64,000 nt of DNA from Staphylococcus phage Twort. Location: sequence record NC_007021.1; one strand, written 5' to 3'. Positions 44,801-54,274 of this stretch are shown here, in pieces (positions within the stretch are counted from its first letter, which is position 1; each line of letters opens with the position of its first letter). Made by a program: the position numbers and the translations under genes. The notes beneath the pieces are model-generated. The model made no database searches and was not told the DNA's origin. It saw only the letters and a list, made by a program, of their open reading frames with translations.

Positions 44801-46001
44801 TAAACCAATGCCCTTTACCTTCCGTAGCTCTGTGTTTACTTCCAGTTGTAAAACCTATTATTTCACTAATATGTGTTGTTACATTTTTACAGTTTACAAA
44901 TTCAATACCAACGTAGTCTGAATTTTCAAACCCATGGTATCCTCCACCCCAACCTGGATATGAACCATTATCATATATACCTTTAATCTTAATACTAGAA
45001 AAACTTATTGAATCTATCTTAACTGCTGTTCTATCCCTATTACCACGATAAACTATTTTAGCATCCGACACTAAATTAATATTTTTATTAATTATTAACG
45101 TGCTATCTAAATAGATAGGTGATTCTTGTGCTGAGATATAAAGGGTATTTCCTTCTTCTGTAGCATTAATAGCACGTGTAAGTATTTGAACATCAGAAGT
45201 ATCATTAGTAAGTTTCGGGAAGTTCTTAGATAAAACTTGAGGAACCTTACCAGAATCTAGGTAATCTTGTAATGTTCCAGTAAATCCTTGTTTTACAGCT
45301 AGTTGATAGCTACTTAACCCATTAGCACCTTTTAAAGATTCTAACCATTCATTATATGTTCCTTCAAAGCCACTCTTAACAGCCAATTGATACGCACTAA
45401 GACCATCAGCACCTTGCTTCCCATTAGGGATAAGTGTTACAGAACCATCTGAAAACGATACTTTAACATTGTCTTCTTGAACTTCTGAAGATAATACTGT
45501 TATGGATTCACCATCTTTACCATCCAACCCATCTTCACCTTTCAATGAGTTAAGAAAATCTTCTTTAGTTCCTTCATTACCTTGACCTAACCACACATCG
45601 TATGCTGAAGCACCATCTATAATATTTATACCTGGTTCTCCCTTTTCCCCTTTATCACCTTTTAGTGAGTTTAAGAACTCATCAATAGTCCCTTTATTAC
45701 CTTGGTCTAGCCATATCTTATATGCTGAATCTCCTTTTAGAGAATCTAGATTATCATCGTTTATATCACTAAACTGAACAATGAATACCTGCTCAAATTG
45801 CTGTTTGTCAGTAGTGAATGAAGGCACGTTTACTTTTGTAGTTTCAACGCCCTTTATCAACCATGATACTTTAAATTCACCAGTATCATATTTTGAACCT
45901 GGTGCTAGGTTACGGGCTACTACCTCTCCTAGATTTGTTGAGACACTAGTTCTGTCTATGATTTCATTATTCTTATTATACAATAGTAACTCTTTTTCCA
46001 A
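41859..46001 (-). CDS. tail fibre / receptor-binding protein with N-terminal FN3-like domain, repeated collagen-like/SAYQLAVK motifs and parallel beta-helix region
   Basis: 1380 aa; KGDKGEKGEPGINIIDGASAYDVW / KGEDGLDGKDGES / GADGLSAYQLAVKSGFEGT / GANGLSSYQLAVKQGF repeats; NN(T/I)IS-type beta-helix rungs. Confidence 0.7.
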   Translation of the reverse strand: MEKELLLYNKNNEIIDRTSVSTNLGEVVARNLAPGSKYDTGEFKVSWLIKGVETTKVNVPSFTTDKQQFEQVFIVQFSDINDDNLDSLKGDSAYKIWLDQGNKGTIDEFLNSLKGDKGEKGEPGINIIDGASAYDVWLGQGNEGTKEDFLNSLKGEDGLDGKDGESITVLSSEVQEDNVKVSFSDGSVTLIPNGKQGADGLSAYQLAVKSGFEGTYNEWLESLKGANGLSSYQLAVKQGFTGTLQDYLDSGKVPQVLSKNFPKLTNDTSDVQILTRAINATEEGNTLYISAQESPIYLDSTLIINKNINLVSDAKIVYRGNRDRTAVKIDSISFSSIKIKGIYDNGSYPGWGGGYHGFENSDYVGIEFVNCKNVTTHISEIIGFTTGSKHRATEGKGHWFNNTTIEFFINNETSIELNSDGDDGKGQPSWMNSNHFYKSAFSYSGTAFNTHPETYYNIRQTLTNGNMYGGNSNIFDSFKFETAHGMSDNYIMIYLKKAVGFIFKGYRYELNNNATFAVMDLSTQDLSKYYITHSKDNKFIPDFILGLKHEITYVNNETAKLHRSGIAKIITDTNKKYTLYRNNDFSKEYRRLGSNYHTVKDIFRKPLKSTVLNDEMYYDYSTSTSLIDSNGLLTFTGSCPMVLYVNNVSEGDEITVSKLSFVGNSSGIFIKCFDYNGNYLGKQSNGKDTLMIDGIYYDTNNAWSFNTAQKDTFTVNSSDVKTVVVLISGTLQGLLLETTNPNNIVKTSNVPERNSKSVFYSHFKPTLTTDFKYGERVYNSNNTSVVGWELIGNSWQEIGTTNSTTSVVTTSSKNILNIENYPRQSNEDNDYPRFQRALDELVSKGGGTLIVPKTSTEYLFKTSSPTVQNPSRVKITGSNIHIKGEGNPTIKMTGINKAYIDSIDDVSSSGRDVFTGFSFVGCDNVLVEGLSFVGEWDGVGDFRYASPRSIAIAFKGSTNCKVYNVHGKNILGNVVNAVSTMQAVDGFYRWSEQIEIDNCSAYQCLENGFNYMGGTRNGYYTNNISQNNGSSGFESGTENVIISNNIHIGNKFSGISISGTNYTISNNVVSNNTNKGELSTKPANGITITGGSKGVISNNNISGSEGYEILIYPGVNQIDIQNNTIKQTTDTLKNVVVYYSGTSSKPIYDINLKGNTIRSYSNKAERIVFCNYLNDSNISRNHIKSDYGTDSLNIQGSCSGISITDNNMNKNLSVSINATDSYSKDNIAYNIPKVVDGTKIPTSGSWRIGDIINNTSRVLTKGSPNKWKCTSEGIACDTKWITGTSYTQGQIVYNGSYVYKATTTGVSGNTQPVHSSGVVSDGTVSWEFLSSKASFEAISQIGVTESISSTPLYKGQLAIVDSTVYIAKGTSSTSDWIPLN

Positions 46002-46466
46002 CTAAATACCACCTTTTTTGATTGCATCTTCATAAGAAGATGTGTATTCTACTTCATATCCTTTAATAATACTTGAAGATAAAAATAAATTTTTATAAAA
46101 AGAATTTAACTCTATATCTTCACCATCTTTTAATAACTTTATAGTATTATCTAGTTCTTCTTTGGTATAGTCTTCCTTTGATATAGTAATACAGTCTACA
46201 TCTGTGTAAATCTTTATTTCTTTTATCATCAAAACATCCTTACTAAATATTTGGTTATAATTATCTATATCTGTAGGTTTTCCTTTATAGTTGTTATTAA
46301 TTAAGTTATCTACTCTTTTACGTAAAAGATTATCAAATTTATCACATTCTTTTACTATTTTGTTGTACTCAGAGGGTATAAGAGTTTTCTTAGCGTACTC
46401 TAGATGCCAAAACCTACTACTATTTATTAAGTAATCAAACAATCTTTTTATTTCTTTATTGTCCAT
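46002..46466 (-). CDS. hypothetical protein downstream of fibre (possible fibre chaperone)
   Basis: ORF; stop/start abutting fibre gene. Confidence 0.45.
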   Translation of the reverse strand: MDNKEIKRLFDYLINSSRFWHLEYAKKTLIPSEYNKIVKECDKFDNLLRKRVDNLINNNYKGKPTDIDNYNQIFSKDVLMIKEIKIYTDVDCITISKEDYTKEELDNTIKLLKDGEDIELNSFYKNLFLSSSIIKGYEVEYTSSYEDAIKKGGI

Positions 46467-46646
46467 ATGTGACCCCCAAGCGTAATAGTATACATATATA
46501 ATATAAGAAAAAGCCCACTATAAAGCGGACTTATCTAGTATGCAATATATTCATTTGGTAATTCTATTTCATCATCTTTGTAGTAGTCTTTATACTTTTT
46601 AACTATCACCAATGATAGTAATATTAACATAAAATAAATAATAAAT

Positions 46647-46973
46647 TTATCCATTAAGTTCCCCTATTAATTCAAAAAAATCATCAATATCTTTTTTAGT
46701 ATATTCCTTATTATCAAATATGGATTTATCTAATTTATGGTTTAGTAAATCATACATATCATAAAGACTGTTACATGATGAAAACTCTTTAAAATTAGTA
46801 GATACTAGAATAATTTCCCCATCTACTTTTACTCGAGCAACATAATAATGCTCTAACTCATCTAATCCTAAATGTGCTGTTTTATTATGGTCTAGTACTT
46901 CTGCATTACTTACATGCTCATAATACTGCTCACAAAAGTATTCAATTAACCCTTTATTCATAAAATCCCTCAT
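46647..46973 (-). CDS. hypothetical protein (108 aa)
   Basis: ORF. Confidence 0.5.
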   Translation of the reverse strand: MRDFMNKGLIEYFCEQYYEHVSNAEVLDHNKTAHLGLDELEHYYVARVKVDGEIILVSTNFKEFSSCNSLYDMYDLLNHKLDKSIFDNKEYTKKDIDDFFELIGELNG

Positions 46974-47355
46974 TCACTAAATGTTCTTTTAGTCTGAAGT
47001 AGTAATTATAAATCTTATTAACTTCTTTTTCTTCATTGTCCTTGCGACCTAAACGAACAGTGTATTTAATAATATTAAATAACATAGCATCTACAAAACC
47101 ATTTAATTGTTCTTCTGTAAAACTAATAACATCTACATTATTATCAGAAGAATCGGAATAATGTTTAGGTGTTTCTACTTTAGGTTCAATTTCAAATTCG
47201 TTTAATAAATCTTTTACACTTTCTTCTAGTTTTTTAAAGTGTCTAGGGTGTTGAGATACATTAGTACAAGCTTCTACTAATTCTTGCTTAATAAGTAATA
47301 AATCTACATCTTCCCCGTTATTTTGATGAAATAAAATAAATTCTTTAGATTCCAT
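46954..47355 (-). CDS. hypothetical protein (133 aa)
   Basis: ORF. Confidence 0.5.
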   Translation of the reverse strand: MESKEFILFHQNNGEDVDLLLIKQELVEACTNVSQHPRHFKKLEESVKDLLNEFEIEPKVETPKHYSDSSDNNVDVISFTEEQLNGFVDAMLFNIIKYTVRLGRKDNEEKEVNKIYNYYFRLKEHLVNEGFYE

Positions 47356-47415
47356 AAAATCTTCCTTTCATTTTTAAATACAAGTAAAGTATACCATATA
47401 CAATTAAAAAAGTCA

Positions 47416-47446
47416 ATAAAAAAATGAGAGGCATTAAAGCCTCTCA
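47416..47446 (-). terminator. rho-independent terminator downstream of dUTPase
   Basis: gagaggc-tttaat-gcctctc then T-run on minus strand. Confidence 0.7.
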
Positions 47447-47505
47447 CCAAAGGAAAGATTATGATGTTATGGAATGTATCTATTTGATACATTTATAATA
47501 TAACA

Positions 47506-47931
47506 TTAGTCTAATCCAGTAGAACCGAAACCACCACGTTCACTAGTCTTATCAAATTCCTCTACAACAACAGGTTTAGGGTATACTACAGGTGCAATAA
47601 CTAACTGCGCAATCTTTTTACCCTTTTCAATTTTTTGTGTTGTACCTCCTATATTATCTACCATAACTTTAATTTCTAAATTGTAACCAAAGTCTATACT
47701 TCCAAACTGAACACGTAAATTTGTTTTTGCTGTGATACCTGACTTAGGTCTTACTTGTGCTTCATACCCTGTTGGTAGGTTAATAGCGATGCCAGTAGAT
47801 ACTAACGTTTTACTACAAGGTTTAATATCAATATCCTCTACTGCATATAAATCTAACCCGCTATCATACATATTAGCTCTAACTGGTACTTTTGCATCTT
47901 TATGTAATAATTTAATTTCTAAATTTTCCAT
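47506..47931 (-). CDS. dut: dUTP diphosphatase (dUTPase)
   Basis: Five dUTPase motifs in order: DSGLDLYA, RPKSG, GSIDFGY, KIAQLVI, RGGFGSTG. Confidence 0.85.
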   Translation of the reverse strand: MENLEIKLLHKDAKVPVRANMYDSGLDLYAVEDIDIKPCSKTLVSTGIAINLPTGYEAQVRPKSGITAKTNLRVQFGSIDFGYNLEIKVMVDNIGGTTQKIEKGKKIAQLVIAPVVYPKPVVVEEFDKTSERGGFGSTGLD

Positions 47932-48107
47932 GTAATCCTCCTAAGTAAAATCCTTAATGTCATAATCAATTAATGATACATCTTCAAAATAATCAGAATG
48001 CAATACTAAAGATTTTTCTAATTTATCTTTAATTTCTTGTGTTTCATCCTCATTTTCTACATTCACTCTTACTTTTGCTTTAATAGTAACAATGTAAGTT
48101 TCTTCCA

Positions 48108-48314
48108 TTATTTAATTATTCCTTTCAATAAATAATATCTTTCTAGTATTTCATTGTAAAGACTAATCATACTATCATCTAAGTCCTTACTTTCTAGGTA
48201 ATTAATAAGTTTTTCTACTTCTTCTTCACTTAATACAATAACTTTTTCCATATAAGTACCTCCTACCAAAACAGTATAACATAAAAAAAGAACGCTGTCA
48301 AGCGTCCTCTTCAT
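48108..48314 (-). CDS. hypothetical protein (68 aa)
   Basis: ORF. Confidence 0.4.
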   Translation of the reverse strand: MKRTLDSVLFLCYTVLVGGTYMEKVIVLSEEEVEKLINYLESKDLDDSMISLYNEILERYYLLKGIIK

Positions 48315-48549
48315 GAATTTCGTATATAGTTTTTTTAGTTAAATTTATAGGTTTATATCCTTTATCTACTAATAGTAGTACACGTCTACTATTTTTAAAA
48401 TTAATAGTATTAGGGAAAGATAAAGCAAGTTCTACATTTGGTGTAAATTCTGTAGGCTCACCTAAGTAATCTGTTGCTTTGATGTACATGTTACCATCTT
48501 TAAAAACTATAACGTTTTCATTTTCTACCTCAGTCCTTTTAAGAATCAT
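48298..48549 (-). CDS. hypothetical protein (83 aa)
   Basis: ORF. Confidence 0.45.
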   Translation of the reverse strand: MILKRTEVENENVIVFKDGNMYIKATDYLGEPTEFTPNVELALSFPNTINFKNSRRVLLLVDKGYKPINLTKKTIYEIHEEDA

Positions 48550-48560
48550 AAAAAAACCAC

Positions 48561-48878
48561 CTAATACCCTACTATTATTTTACTTCCTACTATTAAACTA
48601 ATATCTTTATTTAGTTTTTCTAATTCTTTAACAGTAGTATTATATTCTTCTGCTATTGATTTTAAGGTATCATTTTCATCTACTATATGCACAATAGGAT
48701 ACCTATATATTAGACAATACTTAAAACCTGTTAAAGATACCGATTTAATACCATTAAGTTCTTGTAATCTGTCGATACACACTCCATACTTTTTACTTAA
48801 AGTCCATAATGTTTCCCCTGGTTTTACTTCATGGTAAAATTTATTACCAACCCTTTTTAAATCCTTTATTAAATCCAC
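48561..48878 (-). CDS. LysM-domain protein (two LysM repeats)
   Basis: GETLWTLSKKYGVCIDRLQELNG and DTLKSIAEEYNTTVKELEKLN. Confidence 0.6.
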   Translation of the reverse strand: MDLIKDLKRVGNKFYHEVKPGETLWTLSKKYGVCIDRLQELNGIKSVSLTGFKYCLIYRYPIVHIVDENDTLKSIAEEYNTTVKELEKLNKDISLIVGSKIIVGY

Positions 48879-49461
48879 GATTACGACCCCTTTTTTCGTA
48901 AAAGTCGGCTTGGAAATAACAAATTAGTATTAATAACATATTAACAAGTTCGGTAATAACAATATGAGGTGTCGTATTAGTTAATACCATACTAACCGAT
49001 AGTAAACCAATGGCAAAACCTATAATAAGATATAGCCACTTGTTAGTTCCATCAGACTGTTTAGTTTTATAGAACTGTATAATCTGGCTTATATAAGCTA
49101 GTATAATGGATAATGTAGCTACTGTCTGTGTTACTTCTACTTTAGAGCCAAACGTAAATAAAAAGAGAGAAAGAATAACTATAAATACAAATATAAACAA
49201 ATCTTTCTTTCTAAATACTACTACAAGTAGACAAACAATACCTAATAGTAAATTAATACCTACCGATATTATTTGAAAATTCGTTGATTCTGTATGTAGT
49301 AAGTTATAAAAACTAATACCTACAGTAGTTATGATAAGATACCAGAACCATCTAGATACCCCATCAACATTTCTATCTTTTACTAGAGATTTTAAACCAG
49401 GAATATACCCAATCGTAATTAATATAGCATACATTGTACTAAAAAATAGAGCAATATCCAT
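48844..49461 (-). CDS. polytopic membrane protein (~6 TM), possible PnuC-like nucleoside transporter
   Basis: 205 aa, six hydrophobic helices; transporter assignment is inference from size/topology and neighbour. Confidence 0.3.
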   Translation of the reverse strand: MDIALFFSTMYAILITIGYIPGLKSLVKDRNVDGVSRWFWYLIITTVGISFYNLLHTESTNFQIISVGINLLLGIVCLLVVVFRKKDLFIFVFIVILSLFLFTFGSKVEVTQTVATLSIILAYISQIIQFYKTKQSDGTNKWLYLIIGFAIGLLSVSMVLTNTTPHIVITELVNMLLILICYFQADFYEKRGRNRGFNKGFKKGW

Positions 49462-50081
49462 TAAGATTCAGCACCTAACTTTTCTAATTCTTCTAATACT
49501 TCTTCCCATGAAATAAATCCTTTTCCATTGGTTAGTGACAGAATCATGCCAAATATAAATTGGTTTGTGCTAAATTCAGCTCTATCAGGGTCATTATAAG
49601 GTTTGCCATGCCCTTGTCTAATGTCTGAACAGTAAATTAAAACAGGTTTATTTAATATAATTTTTTGTTCTGCTATCAAACCTTGTAGAATGTCATACTC
49701 CTCTGATAGTTCATCAAATTCATTAAGCATAAAAATATCAGCCTGTTCTTCTAATTGTTTTATAGTTTTTTGTGCTTGATGTTTCATACCTAGTAAAATA
49801 CCAAGTTCTGCAATTGTTCCTAGTCCCTCATTAAGTATATCAAACACAAATACATCTGACTCTTGCATTGCTTTAAAGTCATTGTTTAAAATGCGCTCTG
49901 CTAAACCTTCTTGAACTGCATTTTCTTTATCATTAATTGATTTGTCCTTATGCGGGCTATACGGAGTTATCCCAACAATACCTTCTACCCTATCATGTTG
50001 TTTTTCTCTGTACTCAATCATTGCTTGGTTGAGTAGGTGACCTCCTAAGTATACTACTTTATCTTTAATCTCATTTGCCAT
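49461..50081 (-). CDS. nucleoside 2-deoxyribosyltransferase / LOG-superfamily enzyme
   Basis: KVVYLGGHLL N-terminal Rossmann start and DILNEGLGTIAELGILLG resembling the catalytic-Glu motif of the N-deoxyribosyltransferase/LOG fold. Confidence 0.45.
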   Translation of the reverse strand: MANEIKDKVVYLGGHLLNQAMIEYREKQHDRVEGIVGITPYSPHKDKSINDKENAVQEGLAERILNNDFKAMQESDVFVFDILNEGLGTIAELGILLGMKHQAQKTIKQLEEQADIFMLNEFDELSEEYDILQGLIAEQKIILNKPVLIYCSDIRQGHGKPYNDPDRAEFSTNQFIFGMILSLTNGKGFISWEEVLEELEKLGAES

Positions 50082-50086
50082 TATTT

Positions 50087-50554
50087 CTATCCTTTCTTTA
50101 CTTTATGTAATATTTTAATATACGTCTTTATTTTTGTAATTGTTGTTATTTTATTTCCATTACTATTTACTACTTTTTGTTTTCTTAAATCCATATAGTA
50201 GTCATTATATTTTTTATCTACTATTGTTATTCCCTCTTCTGTACCTTGTCCTTGCATAATACTATACCTATAGTATACTTCTTTATAAGTAAAGAATAAA
50301 TCATACCCAAAATCAGTATATTCTAAGAATAAAGTATTATATCTAGATAGTTTAATTTTATTATGTTCTAATATTTTTATTAGAAATTTACCTTGTTTTC
50401 TTTTGTAAGAGTTTTCATAATTTAAATCATTTGTTTCAAATGGTAGTATACTATCTAAATTATAATCATTATTTTTAATTTTATTCTCTAACATTTTTTC
50501 TTCTTCTAACTCTTGTTTAAGCTCATTAATTAAATATTGTAACTTATCGTCCAT
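50087..50554 (-). CDS. hypothetical protein (155 aa)
   Basis: ORF. Confidence 0.5.
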   Translation of the reverse strand: MDDKLQYLINELKQELEEEKMLENKIKNNDYNLDSILPFETNDLNYENSYKRKQGKFLIKILEHNKIKLSRYNTLFLEYTDFGYDLFFTYKEVYYRYSIMQGQGTEEGITIVDKKYNDYYMDLRKQKVVNSNGNKITTITKIKTYIKILHKVKKG

Positions 50555-50566
50555 ACTTATCTCCTA

Positions 50567-50830
50567 TTACTTAACATATTTTTTAACATAGTTACTATAT
50601 TCATTTAATTCTTTTCTATCGGGGTACTTAATAACTAGTAATCCCATAATACCCAAACTAACAAATGGTAATACAGTTAATAACCCTATAAAACCTACCG
50701 TAGTATTTAAGAAGAAAATTAAAGCATCTAATGTTATATATAAAATAGCTATAACAAAAGATAGTACTATAAGAATAAAAAACTTTGTTAGTAAATCAGA
50801 ACGTTGTATTTTCTTAGATAATTTTTTCAT
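50567..50830 (-). CDS. small membrane protein (2 TM)
   Basis: hydrophobic ORF. Confidence 0.5.
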   Translation of the reverse strand: MKKLSKKIQRSDLLTKFFILIVLSFVIAILYITLDALIFFLNTTVGFIGLLTVLPFVSLGIMGLLVIKYPDRKELNEYSNYVKKYVK

Positions 50831-50900
50831 AAATGTAACCTCCTATTTACTATTATTTTAGCATATAGGAGGTTATATGTCAACGTTTTATTTTATGTTC

Positions 50901-51653
50901 CTACCATTTAAAATTATCAGCATAGTTTGATAGTTCTGAACGGAAATTACGAGTGAGTGTATGTTCTCTGGATTTTTCATACCCTCTAAAATACTCTAAA
51001 TAAGGAACAAAACCTGATTTACTCTCATTTTTCAAATCTATCTGTACGCTAGAGCCAATACATAGCGCTTTATTTCCTTTTTTAAATCGAGTGAGTGTTT
51101 TCTTTATATCATTACGCTTAAAGTTTTGAGTCTCATCTAAAATCATTGTACTAGAAATATTAACGCCACGTAAATGTATATGGCTTACTGCATGAATCCA
51201 ACAATCATCAAAAGATTTTTCGTTAAAGTTTTCTAATGTTTCTTCTGCCATTTCATAAATAGCTCTTTCAGGTATAACCCCAAGTTCTAATAATGCATCA
51301 TATAAAGCCCCAAAGTAAACGCTCTCTTTTGAAAATTTTGAGCCTGGGAGTGCCCCGATGTCATCTGAAACAGGTGAAATAATATAATACATTGTCTTTC
51401 CTTTATTTAAGTATTCTGCATAAGCCAAAGCAATTGATAGAAAAGATTTCCCAGTTCCTGCTCGTGAGTCTGACCATATAATCTCTACTTCATCATCAAA
51501 AAAATCTTCTGCAAAATCTAACTGTTCATCACTAGCCTTGCTTAAAAAATCATGGAATACACTATGTTGTACCATGTTATACTTTACATTTGGATAATCT
51601 CTTAATTTGTACTCTAATTCTTTAGCCGTTTTTGTCATGGTTACATTTACCAA
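50901..51653 (-). CDS. phoH: PhoH-like ATPase
   Basis: Walker A SRAGTGKSFLSIALA and Walker B ILDETQNF typical of PhoH family. Confidence 0.75.
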   Translation of the reverse strand: MVNVTMTKTAKELEYKLRDYPNVKYNMVQHSVFHDFLSKASDEQLDFAEDFFDDEVEIIWSDSRAGTGKSFLSIALAYAEYLNKGKTMYYIISPVSDDIGALPGSKFSKESVYFGALYDALLELGVIPERAIYEMAEETLENFNEKSFDDCWIHAVSHIHLRGVNISSTMILDETQNFKRNDIKKTLTRFKKGNKALCIGSSVQIDLKNESKSGFVPYLEYFRGYEKSREHTLTRNFRSELSNYADNFKW

Positions 51654-51765
51654 CTTTCAAGAGTTTTATAGTACTTCACTTACTAATATAAGATTTATTT
51701 TAGTATACCATAAATTAGTAATTAATGCAATAAAAAACTACCTAACTCAATAGGTAGTTAATTTA

Positions 51766-52470
51766 TTACATTCCCCAAGCACTTAATCCTTGTGCTTTAT
51801 ATGCTTTTGTTGCACTATTAATTTGGTCTTGTACTGTTGCCGTACTACCCCAACCTGGCATTGTTTGAAATAATCCTCTAGCGCCACTAGGGTTCTGAGC
51901 ATTTACTTGACCATTAGACTCACGAGCAATGATTGCTTCCCAAGTAGATGCGGGTACTCCTGTTCTAGCTTCCATTTCTTTTGAAGCAGATAACCCAGTT
52001 TCACCTGCTGTATTTCCGTTACCTAGTTTTACTGTACCTACTTGTGTACTCTTATTTTGTGGTTCTTGTATTGTAATTGGTTGTGTATGTTGTTCTTTAT
52101 TTTCAGTAGTATACTCTACATTATTCTTTGTGTTATTTTGTTCTAAGGATGCTAACTGAGAACTTGTATTGTTTACTTGTCCATCTGTACCTTGGTGGTA
52201 ATCATAACCAAAGTATCCATTATAACTGTAGAAGTGGTAAGTGAACCCTTCTAATACAAATGAGAAGTCATAGTTACCTTCTTGAATAGGTTTAGTTACT
52301 AAGTCCTCTGAGTTTGTTTGAGCCTTATTTGCTAGAGTTGCATAATCAATTTCATCAGCACTAGCTTTATCTGAAATACCTCCAAACGTTAAGGCTGTTC
52401 CTAAAACTAATGATGCTAAAATTGTCTTCTTCAAAATAAAAACTCCTTTATTTTTAGTATTTATAATCAC
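51766..52470 (-). CDS. secreted IsaA/SceD-like transglycosylase-domain protein
   Basis: Signal peptide, then C-terminal WEAIIARESNGQVNAQNPSGARGLFQTMPGWG. Confidence 0.6.
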   Translation of the reverse strand: MIINTKNKGVFILKKTILASLVLGTALTFGGISDKASADEIDYATLANKAQTNSEDLVTKPIQEGNYDFSFVLEGFTYHFYSYNGYFGYDYHQGTDGQVNNTSSQLASLEQNNTKNNVEYTTENKEQHTQPITIQEPQNKSTQVGTVKLGNGNTAGETGLSASKEMEARTGVPASTWEAIIARESNGQVNAQNPSGARGLFQTMPGWGSTATVQDQINSATKAYKAQGLSAWGM

Positions 52471-52525
52471 AAGAATAATGTATCATAAATGTTTTACAAA
52501 CTAATTACTTACATAATACAAATTA

Positions 52526-53071
52526 TTACAATAAACTATCTTTAGCTAGTATATCAATAGTGTCATGAACAAAGTCTAATTCCATATGTTCTTTAATTCC
52601 TCTAGATATGCCTGTGTAAATAATCTTATCTACTTTTGTGTAATCATTATCTAGAATATATTTAACATGATTAATAAAACTATCAAAAGGTACTTTTACT
52701 TCCCCATCTTTCATAAATATAAGAAGGTCACCCATAGGCAAATCCTCTGTTAATAAATTTAATTTTACTTGCTCCTCAATAGTAAATTCTACTTCTTCTA
52801 AATCACTTATATTAGGTACATGACGTAAGTTGTAGGTTTTACCATTTTTTGAACTAATTTTGGTAAAGAATCCAACAGCATTTTTATCTTTATAGTAAAT
52901 TGCCATATAGTTACCACAGTTAGATTCTAAATAAACATCTAATTCTTCTGGTTTATAGTCAGAATAAACACATAGTGATGTACTTTCATTCTTTAAATAT
53001 TCTGAAATTTGTTTTACATCGTTAGTAATAGTTTCTTTTGTAGTATACATATAAGGTTTCATAACAATCAT
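52526..53071 (-). CDS. hypothetical protein (181 aa)
   Basis: ORF. Confidence 0.5.
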   Translation of the reverse strand: MIVMKPYMYTTKETITNDVKQISEYLKNESTSLCVYSDYKPEELDVYLESNCGNYMAIYYKDKNAVGFFTKISSKNGKTYNLRHVPNISDLEEVEFTIEEQVKLNLLTEDLPMGDLLIFMKDGEVKVPFDSFINHVKYILDNDYTKVDKIIYTGISRGIKEHMELDFVHDTIDILAKDSLL

Positions 53072-53493
53072 CCTTTTCCTATAGATTTTTTAGCAAGCTC
53101 ATCAGCTAAATCATTAAATTTATCATTACTGTGAGCTTTAACTTTTTTAAACTCTATTTGAGTATATTTAGAGTATTCTCTTATTCTTTCTACATATAAT
53201 TGACTTAGCCAATTCCTAGCAACCCAAGAACCTTCATACCAGTTAATAAGACCTATGTAGTCTATATGAACAACAGCAACTTTGTATCCTAACTGTATAG
53301 CCTTTTCTAATGCATAGCATACAGCTAGTATTTCCCCTGATACATTATTAAATTTTGCTAGTTTTTCGTTAGATACGTTATTAGAAATTGTGTGTATGAT
53401 TTTATTATCATCTAGTAATACTGCACCACAACCTACTTGTTTTTTCTTATAGTCACTGCTACCATCAGTATATATTGTTATTGTATTACTCAT
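53068..53493 (-). CDS. rnh: ribonuclease H
   Basis: TIYTDGS, E in SGEILAV, VHIDY, KAHSNDKFNDLADELA carboxylate/His motif. Confidence 0.8.
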   Translation of the reverse strand: MSNTITIYTDGSSDYKKKQVGCGAVLLDDNKIIHTISNNVSNEKLAKFNNVSGEILAVCYALEKAIQLGYKVAVVHIDYIGLINWYEGSWVARNWLSQLYVERIREYSKYTQIEFKKVKAHSNDKFNDLADELAKKSIGKG

Positions 53494-53675
53494 ACTTGTT
53501 TACCTTTGCATGAGAAGTAAGGATAGGAACAAGCACAATATACATTTTCTACAAACTTAATTACAGCTTTATCAAAGTCAAAACACTTATAACAAAACTC
53601 AAGAGCCTCATCTTCATTATCCGCTACAACTTTTACAATAAAGTCATCTAACTTAACTTCAAATAGATTTTTCAT
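53490..53675 (-). CDS. small Cys-rich protein (61 aa)
   Basis: ORF. Confidence 0.4.
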   Translation of the reverse strand: MKNLFEVKLDDFIVKVVADNEDEALEFCYKCFDFDKAVIKFVENVYCACSYPYFSCKGKQV

Positions 53676-53686
53676 AATATAACCCC

Positions 53687-54274
53687 TTACCCTAGAATAA
53701 ATTTAATAACATCTAAAGGTGTTTCTAGTGTTTCTAATATAGAATACTCCGTATCTTCTAACTCCTCGATAAACTCCTCTATATCTATATCCACTTCTTG
53801 TAGGTATTCTATAATTTCTTCATCTTCTTTGTACACTGATTTCATAGAGTTCCCAGATGATAAATCAAAAAGATTAGCTAAATTAACTAAATTAAATGCA
53901 ATTTTAACATTATCTAAATCGTCTAAATGAGGATTGCTTTCTATAAAGTTATATAAGCAATCCTTAGTTTTTTCTGATAACATTAGGTCTAATAACTCAC
54001 TTTTTTCATCTCTCGTTGTTTTTTTACGAGTTAAAAATACCTCGTCAAATTCCACCAATCCATTTTTATTTGTATTTAGTAACTTGTCTAAAGCACCAAA
54101 CATGACAATCCTGTCATCAATATCATCTAATTTATTAATAATAGAAAGTATATCAAAGAAGTTATCTTCTCCTATTACTTTATAAATATCTTGTAATTCA
54201 AAAGTATCAATCAATTCTAACAGTTCTTCTAAATCACTAGGTGTTAAATATTTACTCATTATCATCCACCTCAA
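53687..54274 (-). CDS. hypothetical acidic protein (195 aa)
   Basis: ORF. Confidence 0.5.
   Translation of the reverse strand: MRWMIMSKYLTPSDLEELLELIDTFELQDIYKVIGEDNFFDILSIINKLDDIDDRIVMFGALDKLLNTNKNGLVEFDEVFLTRKKTTRDEKSELLDLMLSEKTKDCLYNFIESNPHLDDLDNVKIAFNLVNLANLFDLSSGNSMKSVYKEDEEIIEYLQEVDIDIEEFIEELEDTEYSILETLETPLDVIKFILG

Noticed and set aside
48844-49461. Calling the 205-aa membrane protein a holin
   Set aside because: It has six predicted helices, too many for a holin, and is separated from the lysin. The bona fide two-TM holin is at 56819..57376 beside the endolysin.
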